A stretch of DNA of 64,000 bases from an uncultured Eubacteriales bacterium (GTDB taxonomy: Bacteria > Bacillota > Clostridia > Oscillospirales > Oscillospiraceae), in NCBI GenBank assembly GCA_902492005.1, contig CABUJV010000003.1, positions 1,746 to 65,745 on the forward strand, read 5' to 3'. Positions 62,182 to 64,000 of this stretch are shown piece after piece. Each line of letters begins with the position of its first letter. Positions within the stretch are counted from its first letter, which is position 1. Made by a program: the position numbers and the translations under genes. The notes under the pieces were generated by a model, which saw nothing but the letters and a program-made list of their open reading frames with translations, searched no databases and had not been told where the DNA came from.

Positions 62182-63099
62182 TCATTCTTCCTCTCGCTTC
62201 TCCTCCGCAGCCTGCGGAGCCGACGCTTCCCCGTTGGCTTCCTCCGCCCGCGCGCGATTCACATAGAGTTCCTCCGGCGTATGTTTTTTAACCGCCAGAT
62301 GGTAGATCAGAAGCGCCACCGCCGCCGCCGCTGTGGCAAAGCCAAAGACCTGCGAGACCCGTATCCCCGTGTGGAAGAAATACAGGCTGTCGGTACGCAG
62401 CCCCTCGATGATCCCGCGCCCAAAGCCATACCAGGCAAAGTAGGTCAGCATGAGCTGGCCGTCAAACCTTCGAGATTTCCTGGAAATCAGCACCAGAAGC
62501 AGAAACCCCGCCAGATTCCACATAGATTCATAGAAAAAGGTCGGGTGGACCTCCATGTACTGCCACACCCCGTCCAGATAAACGTCGATCCCCATGCGCC
62601 AGGGAAGCTCCGTCGGACTGCCGAAGGCCTCTACATTCATAAAATTCCCCCATCGGCCGATGCACTGCCCAATGAGCAGTCCAAACACGCCTACATCCGC
62701 AAAGGCCAGGAAATCAATCCTGCGCACTCTGCAGAAAATCAGCAGGGTAAAAAAGGCGGCGATGACCGCTCCATAGATTGCCAGCCCGCCATCCCGGATA
62801 TCCATCATTTTATAGAGGCTCAGGCTTCCGTCCTCCTTACGGAACAGGTCCAGATAAAAGACGATGTAGTAGAGCCGCGCCCCGATAATGGACAGGGGCA
62901 CGGCAAAAAACAGCATGTCGATCACATCGTCCTGCTGGATCCCCAGTTTGGGAGCCTTATGGTAGCAGTAGACCACCGCCAGCAGGAAGCCCACAGCGAT
63001 GATAATGCCATACCAATAGACCGCAAAGTCTCCCAGACGGAAGGCCACCCGGTCCAGGTGGAACTCCAGCCCCAGACCGGGAAAGGCCACATTCCTCAT
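62182..63099 (-). CDS. lgt: Prolipoprotein diacylglyceryl transferase
   Basis: YWYG, GARLYY, GGLAIYG, GRWGNFMN, HPTFFYE. Confidence 0.95.
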   Translation of the reverse strand: MRNVAFPGLGLEFHLDRVAFRLGDFAVYWYGIIIAVGFLLAVVYCYHKAPKLGIQQDDVIDMLFFAVPLSIIGARLYYIVFYLDLFRKEDGSLSLYKMMDIRDGGLAIYGAVIAAFFTLLIFCRVRRIDFLAFADVGVFGLLIGQCIGRWGNFMNVEAFGSPTELPWRMGIDVYLDGVWQYMEVHPTFFYESMWNLAGFLLLVLISRKSRRFDGQLMLTYFAWYGFGRGIIEGLRTDSLYFFHTGIRVSQVFGFATAAAAVALLIYHLAVKKHTPEELYVNRARAEEANGEASAPQAAEEKREEE

Positions 63100-64000
63100 G
63101 CCCTCGCCTCCTTGGGCTCTACAATGGACAGACCGGTGCGCTCCGACACCACCCAGCGTCGGATACAAGCCTCTACATCCGCCTTTTGAATGGTGTCGAA
63201 CACCTCCGGGAAGCGGAAATGCTCCACGCCCGCAAAGTGGCTCTGGGCCAAGCCCACGCAGATATTTTCAAAGGAATTCAGACCCCTCACGCGGCCTCCG
63301 TAAGCCGCACGCTTCAGCCTGTCCCACAGGGCCGGCTGGATGCCCTCACGGCCAATCCGCTCTGCTTCCTGCAGGATAGCGTCCCGCACGGCCCGCGGGT
63401 CCCGGCTCTCCCCACCGGCGGCCAGAAAGGCGCAGCCGGGATACGCCTCATAGCCGTATCCGAACTTCTGGTTGACCAGCCCCTCCCGGTACAAGCGCGC
63501 ATAAAGGGCGGTAGAGGTGCCGAACAGAGCTTCACAGGCCAGTTCGCCCATAAGCTGACAGCGCAGGCGCTCCTCCCCCATGGGGGCGGGGTCCGCCTTC
63601 CAGCCCAGTTGGAAAATAGGCGTGGAGACCTCCATCTGCTGGACCTTTTCCGGCATGGCGGCCGCCTCCGGCTCTTCCCCGCCGTAATCCCTGGGGATAT
63701 CCGTGATCCCCTCCTGGGGCAAAATCTCCCGGGCGATCTCGCAAATGCGCTTCGGATCCACATCGCCCGCCACACACAAGACCATATTTCCCGGATTATA
63801 AAACGCCGCATGGCAGGCATACAGGGTATCCGCTGTGATGTGGGAAATGGACTCCACCGTCCCGGCAATGCTCACCTTGATGGGGTTGCGGGCATAGAGG
63901 GTCTCCATCATCCCGTAAAACACCTGGTTTTCCGGATCGTCCTCAATCATCCGGATCTCCTGGCCAATGATGCCCTGCTCCTTATCCACGCTCTCCGGCG
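63096..64000 (-). CDS. M16 family peptidase, YfmH/YmfH-like (5'-truncated by window edge)
   Basis: KEQGIIGQEIRM, IAGTVESI, FYNPGNM. Confidence 0.82.
   Translation of the reverse strand, partial: PESVDKEQGIIGQEIRMIEDDPENQVFYGMMETLYARNPIKVSIAGTVESISHITADTLYACHAAFYNPGNMVLCVAGDVDPKRICEIAREILPQEGITDIPRDYGGEEPEAAAMPEKVQQMEVSTPIFQLGWKADPAPMGEERLRCQLMGELACEALFGTSTALYARLYREGLVNQKFGYGYEAYPGCAFLAAGGESRDPRAVRDAILQEAERIGREGIQPALWDRLKRAAYGGRVRGLNSFENICVGLAQSHFAGVEHFRFPEVFDTIQKADVEACIRRWVVSERTGLSIVEPKEARA

Overview
High-GC chromosomal segment of a spore-forming clostridial Firmicute, most likely Oscillospiraceae (inferred from gene content and codon style). It is mostly core genome: fba, radA, cwlD, cotJ, ligA, three M42 peptidases, murD, rnpB, sigH, glmM, ruvCAB, spoIIM-xerD, SCIFF scfAB, queA-tgt-yajC, asd-dapA-dapB, T-box tyrS, the spoIIIA-nusB-xseAB-ispA-dxs-tlyA-nadK-argR-recN block, tRNA-Pro and lgt. 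The standout locus is 4.0-6.7 kb, where gene orientation flips as expected at a replication terminus. An XerC/XerS-like tyrosine recombinase is preceded by four copies of an 11-bp arm (TTTTGTTGAGT) arranged as dif-like sites. Between those sites lies a ~1.4-1.6 kb remnant of a rolling-circle element: a truncated HUH Rep, a CopG-like repressor with its operator, a candidate antisense RNA, a hairpin-rich sso-like region and one cargo ORF, with no integrase of its own. This is a candidate integrative element exploiting a single-recombinase Xer/dif system. A separate array of canonical XerD-type half-sites lies about 1.6 kb upstream of xerD. All calls come from reading the sequence; no database searches were run.
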